Origin: a virus
Lineage: Duplodnaviria > Caudoviricetes
Reading direction: 5' to 3' (one strand)
DNA: 37,424 nucleotides
Virus record (IMG/VR): IMGVR_UViG_3300017988_000011
Coordinates: 1-37,424 of that record
Positions within the stretch are counted from its first letter, which is position 1, and each line of letters opens with the position of its first letter. The notes beneath the pieces are model-generated. The model did not search any database and was not told the origin of the DNA. It saw only the letters and a program-made list of their open reading frames with translations. A program made the translations under genes and the position numbers. This document shows positions 1 through 7,529 of the stretch, piece after piece.

Positions 1-67
1 CGCCGTTTGGCAATAATCTCCATCCAAATTCATCGGCGATTAACTTATAAATCTCTTCTATTTTCAT
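1..67 (-). CDS. 5' part of a hypothetical protein running off the window edge (MKIEEIYKLIADEFGWRLLPNG...)
   Basis: ATG at 67 preceded by AAGGAG SD; frame open to position 1. Confidence 0.6.
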   Translation of the reverse strand, partial: MKIEEIYKLIADEFGWRLLPNG

Positions 68-169
68 AGCGGAAATCTCCTTAGAACCGAATTTTGAATA
101 CCCAAGCCACCATCGGCCACGCGACGAACGCCACCGCCAGTAACAGCACGAGCAGCAGCGCGAGTTGGA

Positions 170-877
170 TTATTCTCGACATGGTTCGACTAACTCGCAG
201 ACAATTTCTCGCTCCAATGACCCAACTTTGTCATAATTGAATTGGAGTTCTCCTCGCATTTCCACCAACCACAATCTCTCACCTTTGTATTTTGTTGGTT
301 CAATGGTCGCATGAAGAGCATGACGAGTACATATTTCCAGTGGCCCAGGTATCGTTTCCACTAAACCATTGTGAGCTAACGTTCCGCTTCCACCATTTGA
401 TGGCCTACCAAGGCTATCCGATTTCCAGAAAGCTAGGTACCCAAGGCAGCCAGAGATATTCGAAAAAAATTGCTTGAAAACAGCAATCCAATACCCATCC
501 CTATACCCGGACCCGTCCCCGGACCCATACCCATACCCATACCCAGACCCGGACCCGTCCCCGGACCCGGACCCATACCCATACCCATACCCGGACCCAT
601 CCCCAGACCCATCCCCGGACCCATACCCATACCCATACCCATACCCATCCCCGGACCCATCCCCAGACCCATCCCCAGACCCATCCCCATCCCCATACCC
701 GGACCCGGACCCATCCCCAGACCCATCCCCATCCCCATACCCGGACCCGGACCCATCCCCAGACCCATCCCCAGACCCATACCCATCCCCATACCCGGAC
801 CCGGACCCGGACCCGGACCCGGACCCATACCCATACCCATACCCATACCCGGACCCATCAATTTTTAGAATTTCCAC
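170..877 (-). CDS. Gly-rich (G-Y/S/D)n repeat protein with a C-terminal globular domain
   Basis: GTG start at 877 after GGGAGG SD, overlapping the upstream gene; ~120 aa of G-X repeats then a non-repetitive domain (EICTRHALHA...DKVGSLEREIV). Confidence 0.8.
   Translation of the reverse strand: MEILKIDGSGYGYGYGYGSGSGSGSGSGYGDGYGSGDGSGDGSGSGYGDGDGSGDGSGSGYGDGDGSGDGSGDGSGDGYGYGYGYGSGDGSGDGSGYGYGYGSGSGDGSGSGYGYGYGSGDGSGYRDGYWIAVFKQFFSNISGCLGYLAFWKSDSLGRPSNGGSGTLAHNGLVETIPGPLEICTRHALHATIEPTKYKGERLWLVEMRGELQFNYDKVGSLEREIVCELVEPCRE
493..856. repeat. (GGGNNN)n hexamer tandem repeat, about 60 units on the - strand
   Basis: + strand cccata/cccgga/cccaga/cccatc units in strict 6-nt register. Confidence 0.95.
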
Positions 878-1149
878 GGCGCTTCCTCCCACGCCTTAAT
901 TGCGGCTTCCTCAACTTCAACTACCGAAGTAACATCATGCAACAGGATATTTGCAGGAGGTCCGACTTTGCAGTTTTTGTTTGGTCCCATAGTAGCCAAC
1001 CCCATGAAACCGCGAAGGTCGGACGACCAATAAATGCAAAGTCTACCGCGCTTAAGTTGAATTGATTTCCCTGAAACATCAGAAGCGTACCCGAAAAAAA
1101 CGCCACGATGAACAGTGGTTACGACGACTGCTTTTTCAGTTTTTAGCAT
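865..1149 (-). CDS. DUF6948-like small phage protein
   Basis: VVVTTVHRGVFFG...RLCIYW...GFMGLA..GP pattern; AAGGAGA SD; this family commonly lies just upstream of Gly-repeat genes in phages. Confidence 0.7.
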   Translation of the reverse strand: MLKTEKAVVVTTVHRGVFFGYASDVSGKSIQLKRGRLCIYWSSDLRGFMGLATMGPNKNCKVGPPANILLHDVTSVVEVEEAAIKAWEEAPWKF

Positions 1150-1320
1150 ATTTCTCCTTTAATTTTATTCTCTTACACCGCCAGCAGCGCGAGTTGGACT
1201 AGGCGGGTCATTTGCCTTCTAGTTTTTCTATGGTCAGTTTGGCAAGCTCGCAGATTCCGTTCATTTCCTCTGTCGGAGCGATCCTCGTCCAACCATCACG
1301 CGACGAACGCCATAGAAATA

Positions 1321-1758
1321 CTAACGATTCACGTAATCTCCATTCGTTAAAATCCAATGGTCAACTTCCTGAGCAGAGCGGGCCAGTAAGTAGGTTTCCC
1401 CTCTCGACTCCGCATCCTTCTGAAATTCCACTTGCTCTTTGCTTTGCTTACCAGATGGAGACTTGCATTCAATCCAGAGAATTACGCGACCTTGGTGATA
1501 AAAAACTCCCTTCGGAGGGGGAAAATCATCCCAATTAAACATGCACAAAAAATCAGGAGTTCCAGCCTTATTTCCCTTAACCCTCCATTTACCCCGACCT
1601 CCGGCCCGTCCAAGGATGTCACCCGATTGCAAGCGGAAGAAGCGGATGCTCATTTTCTCAAGAAGCTCTATAATCTCCTTCTTAGGTCCAGCCTCTCGGG
1701 CCTCTTTCTCCGCTCTCCGCCTCTCCGCCCGCCACTTCACCAACTCTCGGTCGGTCAT
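1321..1758 (-). CDS. VRR-NUC family PD-(D/E)XK nuclease (resolvase-like)
   Basis: GTPDF...WIECKSPSGKQSKEQVEFQ...G..YLLARS motif; likely start MTDREL at 1758. Confidence 0.8.
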   Translation of the reverse strand: MTDRELVKWRAERRRAEKEAREAGPKKEIIELLEKMSIRFFRLQSGDILGRAGGRGKWRVKGNKAGTPDFLCMFNWDDFPPPKGVFYHQGRVILWIECKSPSGKQSKEQVEFQKDAESRGETYLLARSAQEVDHWILTNGDYVNR

Positions 1759-1765
1759 TGTGGGT

Positions 1766-1969
1766 TTACCCCTTCCGTAGAATGCCATTTATTTGCGCTA
1801 GGATGCCCTGTGGAGACGTCAAAGAGACACAGCCTATGCCATATACTCCCCGGCACAGAGAGGCGTCTTTATGGAACAAATAGCGGGGTAAAAGAGAACC
1901 TTTGTCCGAAACCCACTTACCCTGCCCGATTACCACTTTTCCACCGCATTTTGAGCATTGGCGGTTCAT
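1766..1969 (-). CDS. small putative Zn-binding protein
   Basis: CSKC...HKDASLC; start overlaps the stop of the upstream nuclease. Confidence 0.55.
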   Translation of the reverse strand: MNRQCSKCGGKVVIGQGKWVSDKGSLLPRYLFHKDASLCRGVYGIGCVSLTSPQGILAQINGILRKG

Positions 1970-2940
1970 TATTCCACCTTGGTGACTCCGACTCTCTCAA
2001 TATCAACCTTCCAGTAGGGTGCTTTTCCTTTTGGCTCGATTCGGTTGCCGCTGATGACAAATTCACCGCAAATAACCTGCTTCGAGCCTGAATCGAAAAC
2101 CCTTTTGGCCTTGGTTTTGATTTCCTCGTCCAACTCCTTGAAGCGATGGCTGGCAGCTTCGCAGGATTCTCGCTCCTTGAGAGCTTCCGCCATCTCGCCA
2201 TCGTCGCTAAAGGCAATGCCGGCGCCGGCGTCGATTTCGGGAAGGCAAGCCGCCTTCAGCGGACAGTCAAGGCAGATTTCGGGGTCGTTAAGGCGGTGAG
2301 AAACAAGCCATTCATTCCAGTCGTAACATCCTCCTTCGACGAATACCTTGACTCCAGACTTAACTTCCTCCGCCTTCTTAATCAGGCTCTCCGCGAACTC
2401 CAAGTCCAGCGTGAAGGCGATGATCTTGATTTCTCCCGTTGCTTTGTTTTTAAGAATAAGCCACCCTTCCGGCTGGCTTTCGAGAAGCATGTAAATCTGG
2501 AGTTGCGCGGCCCACTTGCGGTAGTAATACTTCTTGGAGTAGCGCACGTCATCAACGGTATTCAGCTTGACAAAGATGAACGGGGAGCAGGACTTGATTT
2601 CAATGAGGGTAGCCTTCTCCCCGTCCTTAGCCAGATATCCGTCGATGTGGCCCGAGAGGTCGTAATTTGACCAATATACGGTTCTCTGGCTCTGCTCGAT
2701 GCGATAACCCATCTGCTGAAGGTCAATCTTGACCGCCTGTTCTTGGAGGTTTCCCTCTGAGAAAATGCAGGACAGCTTGGCATCAGGGGCGCTTGCCGTT
2801 TCGCCGGCGACACGGGTCAAAGCGATGTAGGCCGTGCAAGGGTGTCCCAAATCGCTCGCCCTGGTTGTCGCCGCACGGCTGGAGTGATTGTGAGATTGTT
2901 TATGAGCGTAATATTCCACAGTGACTTGTTCAGGTGTCAA
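1969..2940 (-). CDS. Cas4/RecB-like PD-(D/E)XK exonuclease with a probable Fe-S cluster
   Basis: ASDLGHPC, GHIDG, IEIKS, QLQIY motifs and C-terminal CLDCPLKAAC. Confidence 0.85.
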   Translation of the reverse strand: MTPEQVTVEYYAHKQSHNHSSRAATTRASDLGHPCTAYIALTRVAGETASAPDAKLSCIFSEGNLQEQAVKIDLQQMGYRIEQSQRTVYWSNYDLSGHIDGYLAKDGEKATLIEIKSCSPFIFVKLNTVDDVRYSKKYYYRKWAAQLQIYMLLESQPEGWLILKNKATGEIKIIAFTLDLEFAESLIKKAEEVKSGVKVFVEGGCYDWNEWLVSHRLNDPEICLDCPLKAACLPEIDAGAGIAFSDDGEMAEALKERESCEAASHRFKELDEEIKTKAKRVFDSGSKQVICGEFVISGNRIEPKGKAPYWKVDIERVGVTKVE

Positions 2941-3701
2941 TGGCTGCCTCCTGCTTCCATGTCTTTGCAGATTTGCTCGTACTTGGATTTGGGGATTTCT
3001 TTCGAGTGCTCAATGCCGTGGTTCTTCATGAGGTAGTCTTTGATTTCGGCATCCTTCCAGCCAGCGCCTTTGGCGATGGCGAAGAACCGCTTGACTTGCG
3101 CCTCGGAGATTACACCATCGTTATAGGTGACTTTTCCGGTAGCTGTTCCGCTTGTCACCTTGCCACTCGTTGCGGCTTGAACTTCAGCCCATGTGAGCCC
3201 GCGCATTCCGATGATGCGGGTAACGGCGTTGACCAGCCAGTTGGAGTATGCCGCCTTGCGAACGTCAAGAAGGTCTAGGCGGTCTTGTTTGGCGAAGAAC
3301 GGATCGTTGGCGTTACGGCCTCCGATGATATCCATCTCAGTCCCAAGGACGCGGGATCCCACGCGGCCATTGACCTCGTATGCCGGCAGTCCCGTTGTGA
3401 GGTCCATTTCCAGCGTGATTTTTACATCCTTGGTGTAGATACCCCAAAGAGCCATCAGCTTTTCGGCGCCTGTCGACTGAAGGTAGGGCTTCCCTTGCAG
3501 GTCAACCCAATCGTTGACACTAGTTCGCTTCAAGCTGAGTTTGGTTACTGAATCAAAGAAGTCGAGGCGCTTACGGGCGATTTCCATCAGCTTTTCCGGC
3601 TCGATGTCGCCCTGCATTGATAAGACCTCTCCTGCCAGTGAAGAGCGTTGCAGATTTTCTGGTACTACCACGGCATCCACTGTTTTTTCCTCTGCCATCA
3701 A
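2937..3701 (-). CDS. putative ssDNA-annealing protein/recombinase
   Basis: Coupled directly upstream of the exonuclease; KPYLQSTGAEKL motif; C-terminal ISEAQVKRFFAI...SKEIPKSKYEQIC helical domain of the kind seen on phage ERF/Rad52-type proteins. Confidence 0.55.
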   Translation of the reverse strand: MMAEEKTVDAVVVPENLQRSSLAGEVLSMQGDIEPEKLMEIARKRLDFFDSVTKLSLKRTSVNDWVDLQGKPYLQSTGAEKLMALWGIYTKDVKITLEMDLTTGLPAYEVNGRVGSRVLGTEMDIIGGRNANDPFFAKQDRLDLLDVRKAAYSNWLVNAVTRIIGMRGLTWAEVQAATSGKVTSGTATGKVTYNDGVISEAQVKRFFAIAKGAGWKDAEIKDYLMKNHGIEHSKEIPKSKYEQICKDMEAGGSH

Positions 3702-3892
3702 TCCTCCTTTATTCTCGGGTCAATCTCGGTGATTTTGAAATCCGCCTTGGCGCTGGGTTGCAACAGGCTCTTGAAGGCGGTCCACTCAGAGTCAGAAAAA
3801 TATAATTCTCCCATTCCAAATATAAGAACCTGCCACTGGTCAATCGTGCGATGATGCTCTGCTCGTATTCTGAACGTCTTGTCAATCGCCAT
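3698..3892 (-). CDS. hypothetical protein
   Basis: AAGGAGG SD; packed in the operon. Confidence 0.65.
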   Translation of the reverse strand: MAIDKTFRIRAEHHRTIDQWQVLIFGMGELYFSDSEWTAFKSLLQPSAKADFKITEIDPRIKED

Positions 3893-3903
3893 CGCGGGCC
3901 TCC

Positions 3904-4656
3904 TTATGGTAGCAAATATCGTTTTATGATTTTTGTTTGAGCAGCCCTAGCAGCAGCCACACCAGCAGCCCAAGCAGCAGCCACAGTAGCAGCCCCAGCA
4001 GCACCCCCAGCAGCAGCCCCAGCAGAAGCCACAGCAGCAGCCACAGCAGCAGCCACAGTAGCAGCCCCAGCAGAAGCCCAAGCAGCAGCCTCAGCAGTAG
4101 CCTCAGCAGCAGCCTCAGCAGCAGCCCCAGCAGAAGCCACAGCAGCAGCCACAGCAGCAGCCACAGTAGCAGCCCCAGCAGAAGCCCAAGCAGCAGCCTC
4201 AGCAGTAGCCTCAGCAGCAGCCTCAGCAGCAGCCTCAGCAGTAGCCTCAGCAGCAGCCTCAGCAGCAGCCACAGCAGCAGCCACAGCAGCAGCCCAAGCA
4301 GCAGCCCCAATATTTCCAAGTGCAAATTGGCGTGTAGCTTCTATTGCCAATCGCGGCCTGTTGTCATCGGGGTATTTACCTTCATAGACGTTAACAACTG
4401 CCTCTGCGAAATCAGCAGCCATCAGGTGAGCAACCACGTCGCAGTTTTCAACGGTCGCACAGAGCGCCCACAGGCAATCTTCTGTACCGTTAATTTCCAA
4501 AATAGTGAGAAGGTTAATAGGTTTGTCATGGTCAAACTTTGTTCCACCCAATGCTTTGACAAGATGGGCGTATCGGCTACTGTACGCGCCAGCTTGTTTA
4601 AGTAAGTTAAGCGTCGTGGTGAGTCGTTGTGCATGGTCAGCAGGATTAATTTTCAT
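3904..4656 (-). CDS. Ala-rich (AAW/AAE/AAV) repeat protein with an Imm5-like N-terminal domain
   Basis: Start MKINP at 4656 (ATGA overlap); ADFAEAV...YPDDNRPRLAIEATRQFA then ~120 aa of Ala repeats. Confidence 0.75.
   Translation of the reverse strand: MKINPADHAQRLTTTLNLLKQAGAYSSRYAHLVKALGGTKFDHDKPINLLTILEINGTEDCLWALCATVENCDVVAHLMAADFAEAVVNVYEGKYPDDNRPRLAIEATRQFALGNIGAAAWAAAVAAAVAAAEAAAEATAEAAAEAAAEATAEAAAWASAGAATVAAAVAAAVASAGAAAEAAAEATAEAAAWASAGAATVAAAVAAAVASAGAAAGGAAGAATVAAAWAAGVAAARAAQTKIIKRYLLP
3940..4307. repeat. GCT-codon Ala repeat containing a 108-bp tandem duplication
   Basis: agcagaagccacagc at 4021 and 4129; 36-aa unit occurs twice. Confidence 0.9.
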
Positions 4657-4823
4657 ATTTCGCTTTCCTGTTCCGCCGAGTGCTTCTCGGCAATCATTCG
4701 CAATTCGTTGCACTCGCGCTTGTGGTCACGGGCCGCTTTGCGCTCCGCTAACCCAATAACCAGAATAACGACGATGACGAACAATCCAATCCCGATGAGG
4801 CCCAGCGTGTCGGGGTCCGTCAT
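4653..4823 (-). CDS. small single-pass membrane protein
   Basis: LGLIGIGLFVIVVILVIGL hydrophobic stretch; ATGA overlaps on both sides. Confidence 0.7.
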   Translation of the reverse strand: MTDPDTLGLIGIGLFVIVVILVIGLAERKAARDHKRECNELRMIAEKHSAEQESEI

Positions 4824-5068
4824 TCGTCCCTCTTCTTTTTCCAAATCAGAACATCGCTATTAACACGGCGCATGATGAAGAGGCTAGGGAATCTTTTGCA
4901 CAGAAAATTTGACCGTAGACTGTTTGCTGCCGATAGTGCCTCGGCTGCATCCGAAAATGATACATGAAGACAGTCGTCTATCTCCATTTTAGCGAGTTGG
5001 ACTTGCAACTCTTGATATTTGCTTTTGGGAGGCGGAAGAGGAACATTTTTTTCGATTGTAAATTTCAT
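4820..5068 (-). CDS. hypothetical phage protein, possibly DNA-binding
   Basis: IEKNVPLPPPKSKY N-terminus common among small phage proteins; GGAG SD. Confidence 0.65.
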   Translation of the reverse strand: MKFTIEKNVPLPPPKSKYQELQVQLAKMEIDDCLHVSFSDAAEALSAANSLRSNFLCKRFPSLFIMRRVNSDVLIWKKKRDE

Positions 5069-5250
5069 TTCTCCACCTTCATTTCCTCAATCTGCGCGAA
5101 CCTTTCCCCTAGCATACGGCGGATAATGAAGCCTACGCCGCGCTGCTCTTGGTCAGCGATGGATTTTAGCTTAGGGAAGTAGCCGTAAGTATCCTTGAAT
5201 CCGATGACTCGGATTTTTGCCTTCTTGGTTGCTTGTTTTGGGTTTCTCAT
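5065..5250 (-). CDS. putative ribbon-helix-helix transcriptional regulator
   Basis: Basic 61 aa, strand followed by KLKSIADQEQRGVGFIIRRML; first gene after the leftward promoter. Confidence 0.5.
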   Translation of the reverse strand: MRNPKQATKKAKIRVIGFKDTYGYFPKLKSIADQEQRGVGFIIRRMLGERFAQIEEMKVEK

Positions 5251-5256
5251 GCTGCG

Positions 5257-5284
5257 ATTTTACTAGGTTGTATCCGGTTGTCAA
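5257..5284 (-). promoter_or_regulatory. leftward sigma70-type promoter
   Basis: TTGACA-N16-TAAAAT, 6 nt upstream of the ATG at 5250. Confidence 0.65.
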
Positions 5285-5314
5285 GAGTTATTTTGTAAAA
5301 TCTTTCAAATTCTC

Positions 5315-5342
5315 TTGACACGCCATCCCAAAGGTGTATTCT
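5315..5342 (+). promoter_or_regulatory. rightward sigma70-type promoter
   Basis: TTGACA-N16-TATTCT at the strand-switch point. Confidence 0.6.
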
Positions 5343-5447
5343 GGGTCTGCGGAAGGCTCCCAGCCTGATGCCCGGTTTGGCCACCGGACAAGGAATCGAG
5401 GGGTGGTGCCTCTACCACCACCTCTCTGCTCTGTAGAGGAGAGAATT

Positions 5448-6188
5448 GTGAGTTCGAACCCACCTGCATTTCAGTTTTACGCCAAAGATTGGATTTCAAG
5501 CCACACAGTACGGGGAATGCGAAGGGAAGAACGTGGAGATTATATTGACCTTCTCGCGGCCTCATGGAATTCTGGCGAGCCCGGAACACTCCCTTTTCCG
5601 GTTGAGATGGCCGCTAGATGTGCCGGACTTGATACCAGACTTGTCCGACACTTCTTCCTCAAGTACCCCCACATCTGGGTCTTAGATGAGACTCAGCTAC
5701 CGCCTAAATACGTCAACAAGAAACTTCACGATAATTGGCTTAACTATAAGGAAATAAGTGAGAAGAGAAGAATTGCGGCTAATATTCGGCATAATGCAAA
5801 TGCATCACAAAAGGACATGCAAAACACCCACTCTGCATCTGCTCCTGCATCTGCACCTGCTTTTAGTACACACACCGCTGAAAATCCCCACGTTCGTAAA
5901 GTATTCCAGAAGCCAACATTAAAACAAATCTTCGATGAGATGGTCCATAGGGGGATACCTGAATCAGTTGCAACTCCTGAGTGCGAGGCTTTTCTTGACC
6001 ATCACGAAACCCGAGGCTGGAAATTGAAGGGTCAACCCATGGTGAGTTGGAAGGCGGCAGTCGGAACGTGGAAGCATAATCTTGGACTATTTTCAGGAGG
6101 AAATGGGAATGGACAAAAATCAAAATCGGAAATCAATCAAGATTCAACCGTCAGATCCCTCACAGGGTTTGTCTCTCGCCATAGCTAA
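5448..6188 (+). CDS. phage replication initiator (DUF1376/YdaU-like N-terminus)
   Basis: GTG at 5448 after GAGGAG; PAFQFYAKDW...ERGDYIDLL..SW; SASAPASA linker; C-terminal AFLDHHETRGW...WKAAVGTW. Confidence 0.75.
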   Translation: MSSNPPAFQFYAKDWISSHTVRGMRREERGDYIDLLAASWNSGEPGTLPFPVEMAARCAGLDTRLVRHFFLKYPHIWVLDETQLPPKYVNKKLHDNWLNYKEISEKRRIAANIRHNANASQKDMQNTHSASAPASAPAFSTHTAENPHVRKVFQKPTLKQIFDEMVHRGIPESVATPECEAFLDHHETRGWKLKGQPMVSWKAAVGTWKHNLGLFSGGNGNGQKSKSEINQDSTVRSLTGFVSRHS

Positions 6189-6708
6189 ATGGCTGGCTAT
6201 TTTCTCTGAGAACTTCCGCCATGCAATTACCGCACTTTTGCCAGAAATATGGCTGGAGGCTTTAAAAGATATGGAGCCATGCGTTTTTGAGAATGCTTGC
6301 GCTAGATATCTTCAAGTCGGCCATTTTTTTCCCTCAATAGCAGACATACGAGATGCTGTAAGGCTGCCTGATTTACCGATACATGACCTCGGAGAGGATT
6401 CCGTCGCGGAGGCGGCATGGCTTCACTGCCTTGCGTATGCTAACCGTTGGCATCCTGATTGTGACCCTCCAAGGGGATTAAGGCTCACCCAATCTGAGGC
6501 AAGGTCATTACAAGTTGCAGGTGGAATCTACATGCTTTGGACGCTTCAGGATGGAGGGGGAAAGGATTTAGCTTTTATGCGACGGTCTTTTTTTGAATCA
6601 TTCAAACGCCGGGATAAGGTAGCTGATGCTCTTACGGCATCACCACCGCAACGTCAGATTACCAGTGGATTTAAAAGCTTAAACTATATTGTTAAGGATT
6701 TTCAATGA
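6109..6708 (+). CDS. putative helicase loader/replication accessory protein
   Basis: Overlaps the initiator; IWLEAL...AC.RYL...FFPSIADIR...AEAAW pattern; start uncertain. Confidence 0.55.
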   Translation: MDKNQNRKSIKIQPSDPSQGLSLAIAKWLAIFSENFRHAITALLPEIWLEALKDMEPCVFENACARYLQVGHFFPSIADIRDAVRLPDLPIHDLGEDSVAEAAWLHCLAYANRWHPDCDPPRGLRLTQSEARSLQVAGGIYMLWTLQDGGGKDLAFMRRSFFESFKRRDKVADALTASPPQRQITSGFKSLNYIVKDFQ

Positions 6709-6920
6709 GCCATCTTCAGCCTATCTATGAAGTCGAGATTATGGCAACCTGCATAGTATCGAGAATCGTTCGGGTGATGGCGCCAGATGCGCTACAGGCA
6801 GAGGTTTTAGGGATTGACGAGGCGAAGGACTTCACGCAAGGCTGGAAAGTGATTGGAGTTTACGGAGAGCCGATAGCGGTTGAGACCATGAAAGAGAGGG
6901 AACATTGGATGCGGGCGTAA
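6705..6920 (+). CDS. hypothetical protein
   Basis: ATGA overlap with the upstream gene. Confidence 0.6.
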   Translation: MSHLQPIYEVEIMATCIVSRIVRVMAPDALQAEVLGIDEAKDFTQGWKVIGVYGEPIAVETMKEREHWMRA

Positions 6921-7050
6921 AATCGGGCCGTATGATTGCTGTTCGGTGGTGTGCGGGGATTGCGTTTCCTTACTTGCTTTACTGCCGTCCGAATCCATCG
7001 ATATGATTTGGACCGACCCTCCCTACGCCCATGGAAATCATAACGGCGAT
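6919..7050 (+). pseudogene. N-terminal remnant of a beta-class N6-A/N4-C DNA methyltransferase
   Basis: KIGPYDCCSVVCGDC...SIDMIWTDPPY; similarity ends near 7050 and no FxGxG motif follows. Confidence 0.75.
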
Positions 7051-7072
7051 GCCCCTTGGCCGCTGTGGGGCG

Positions 7073-7351
7073 TCAAAATCGAAAATAGGTATGCAGATAC
7101 CAGAAAGTCAGAAAACCCGCCACAGCCAGACCTAAGAAGAAACCAGACAGGCCACAAAAAAGCCAGCCGAGCAGTTTGTTTGAGCTGTCCTCAATCCTCT
7201 GCACCCGGCGTCCGAACTGATATGCGGCCAGGTGCTCAGCGTCGGCATGAAGTTGATTCTCGCGCTCCATTGCTTCTGCCTGAAGGCTCAATTCCTCACA
7301 GTAGTCGGAAAAACGTTTATTTTTCATCATTTTCGGTGTCAAGTTCATCAA
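7073..7351 (-). CDS. small membrane protein
   Basis: C-terminal hydrophobic helix LLGWLFCGLSGFFLGLAVAGFLTFW; true start may be MKNKRF. Confidence 0.55.
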   Translation of the reverse strand: MMNLTPKMMKNKRFSDYCEELSLQAEAMERENQLHADAEHLAAYQFGRRVQRIEDSSNKLLGWLFCGLSGFFLGLAVAGFLTFWYLHTYFRF

Positions 7352-7366
7352 GGGTTAATAGTTCGC

Positions 7367-7468
7367 TCATTTTGCCTCTTTTAATGGCGTGAAAATAGCG
7401 GCCCGTTCTTTGTCTTTTTCTGCCGCCCTTTCCGTTTCCAATCTTTCAATCAATTCCTCTTGAGACAC
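7367..7468 (-). CDS. 33-aa charged peptide (MSQEELIERLETERAAEKDKERAAIFTPLKEAK)
   Basis: GGAGG SD before GTG; corresponds to the tail of track ORF 7367..7765. Confidence 0.45.
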   Translation of the reverse strand: MSQEELIERLETERAAEKDKERAAIFTPLKEAK

Positions 7469-7529
7469 ACTTCCTCCATTAAAGCCATCTTCCGCTTTTC
7501 CCCTTCTTTGCTCTGTAGCAGCCAAACAG

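Larger units (their letters stand above)
153..1198. repeat. 17-bp direct repeat CAGCAGCGCGAGTTGGA at 153-169 and 1182-1198
   Basis: Exact match read directly; brackets the DUF6948-like and Gly-rich gene pair. Confidence 0.9.

Noticed and set aside
433-899. MGMG, PIPIPG and PDPYP ORFs in other frames
   Set aside because: Shadow frames of the hexamer repeat; only the Gly frame has an SD and a globular C-terminal domain
1969-2940. CRISPR-Cas locus suggested by the Cas4-like gene
   Set aside because: No repeat-spacer array or other cas genes seen
3924-4605. Poly-Leu (-) and poly-Ser (+) ORFs
   Set aside because: Shadows of the GCT repeat
7050-7392. C-terminal part of track ORF 6946..7392 as a full methyltransferase
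   Set aside because: After about 7050 it is antisense to 7073..7351 and lacks a SAM-binding motif
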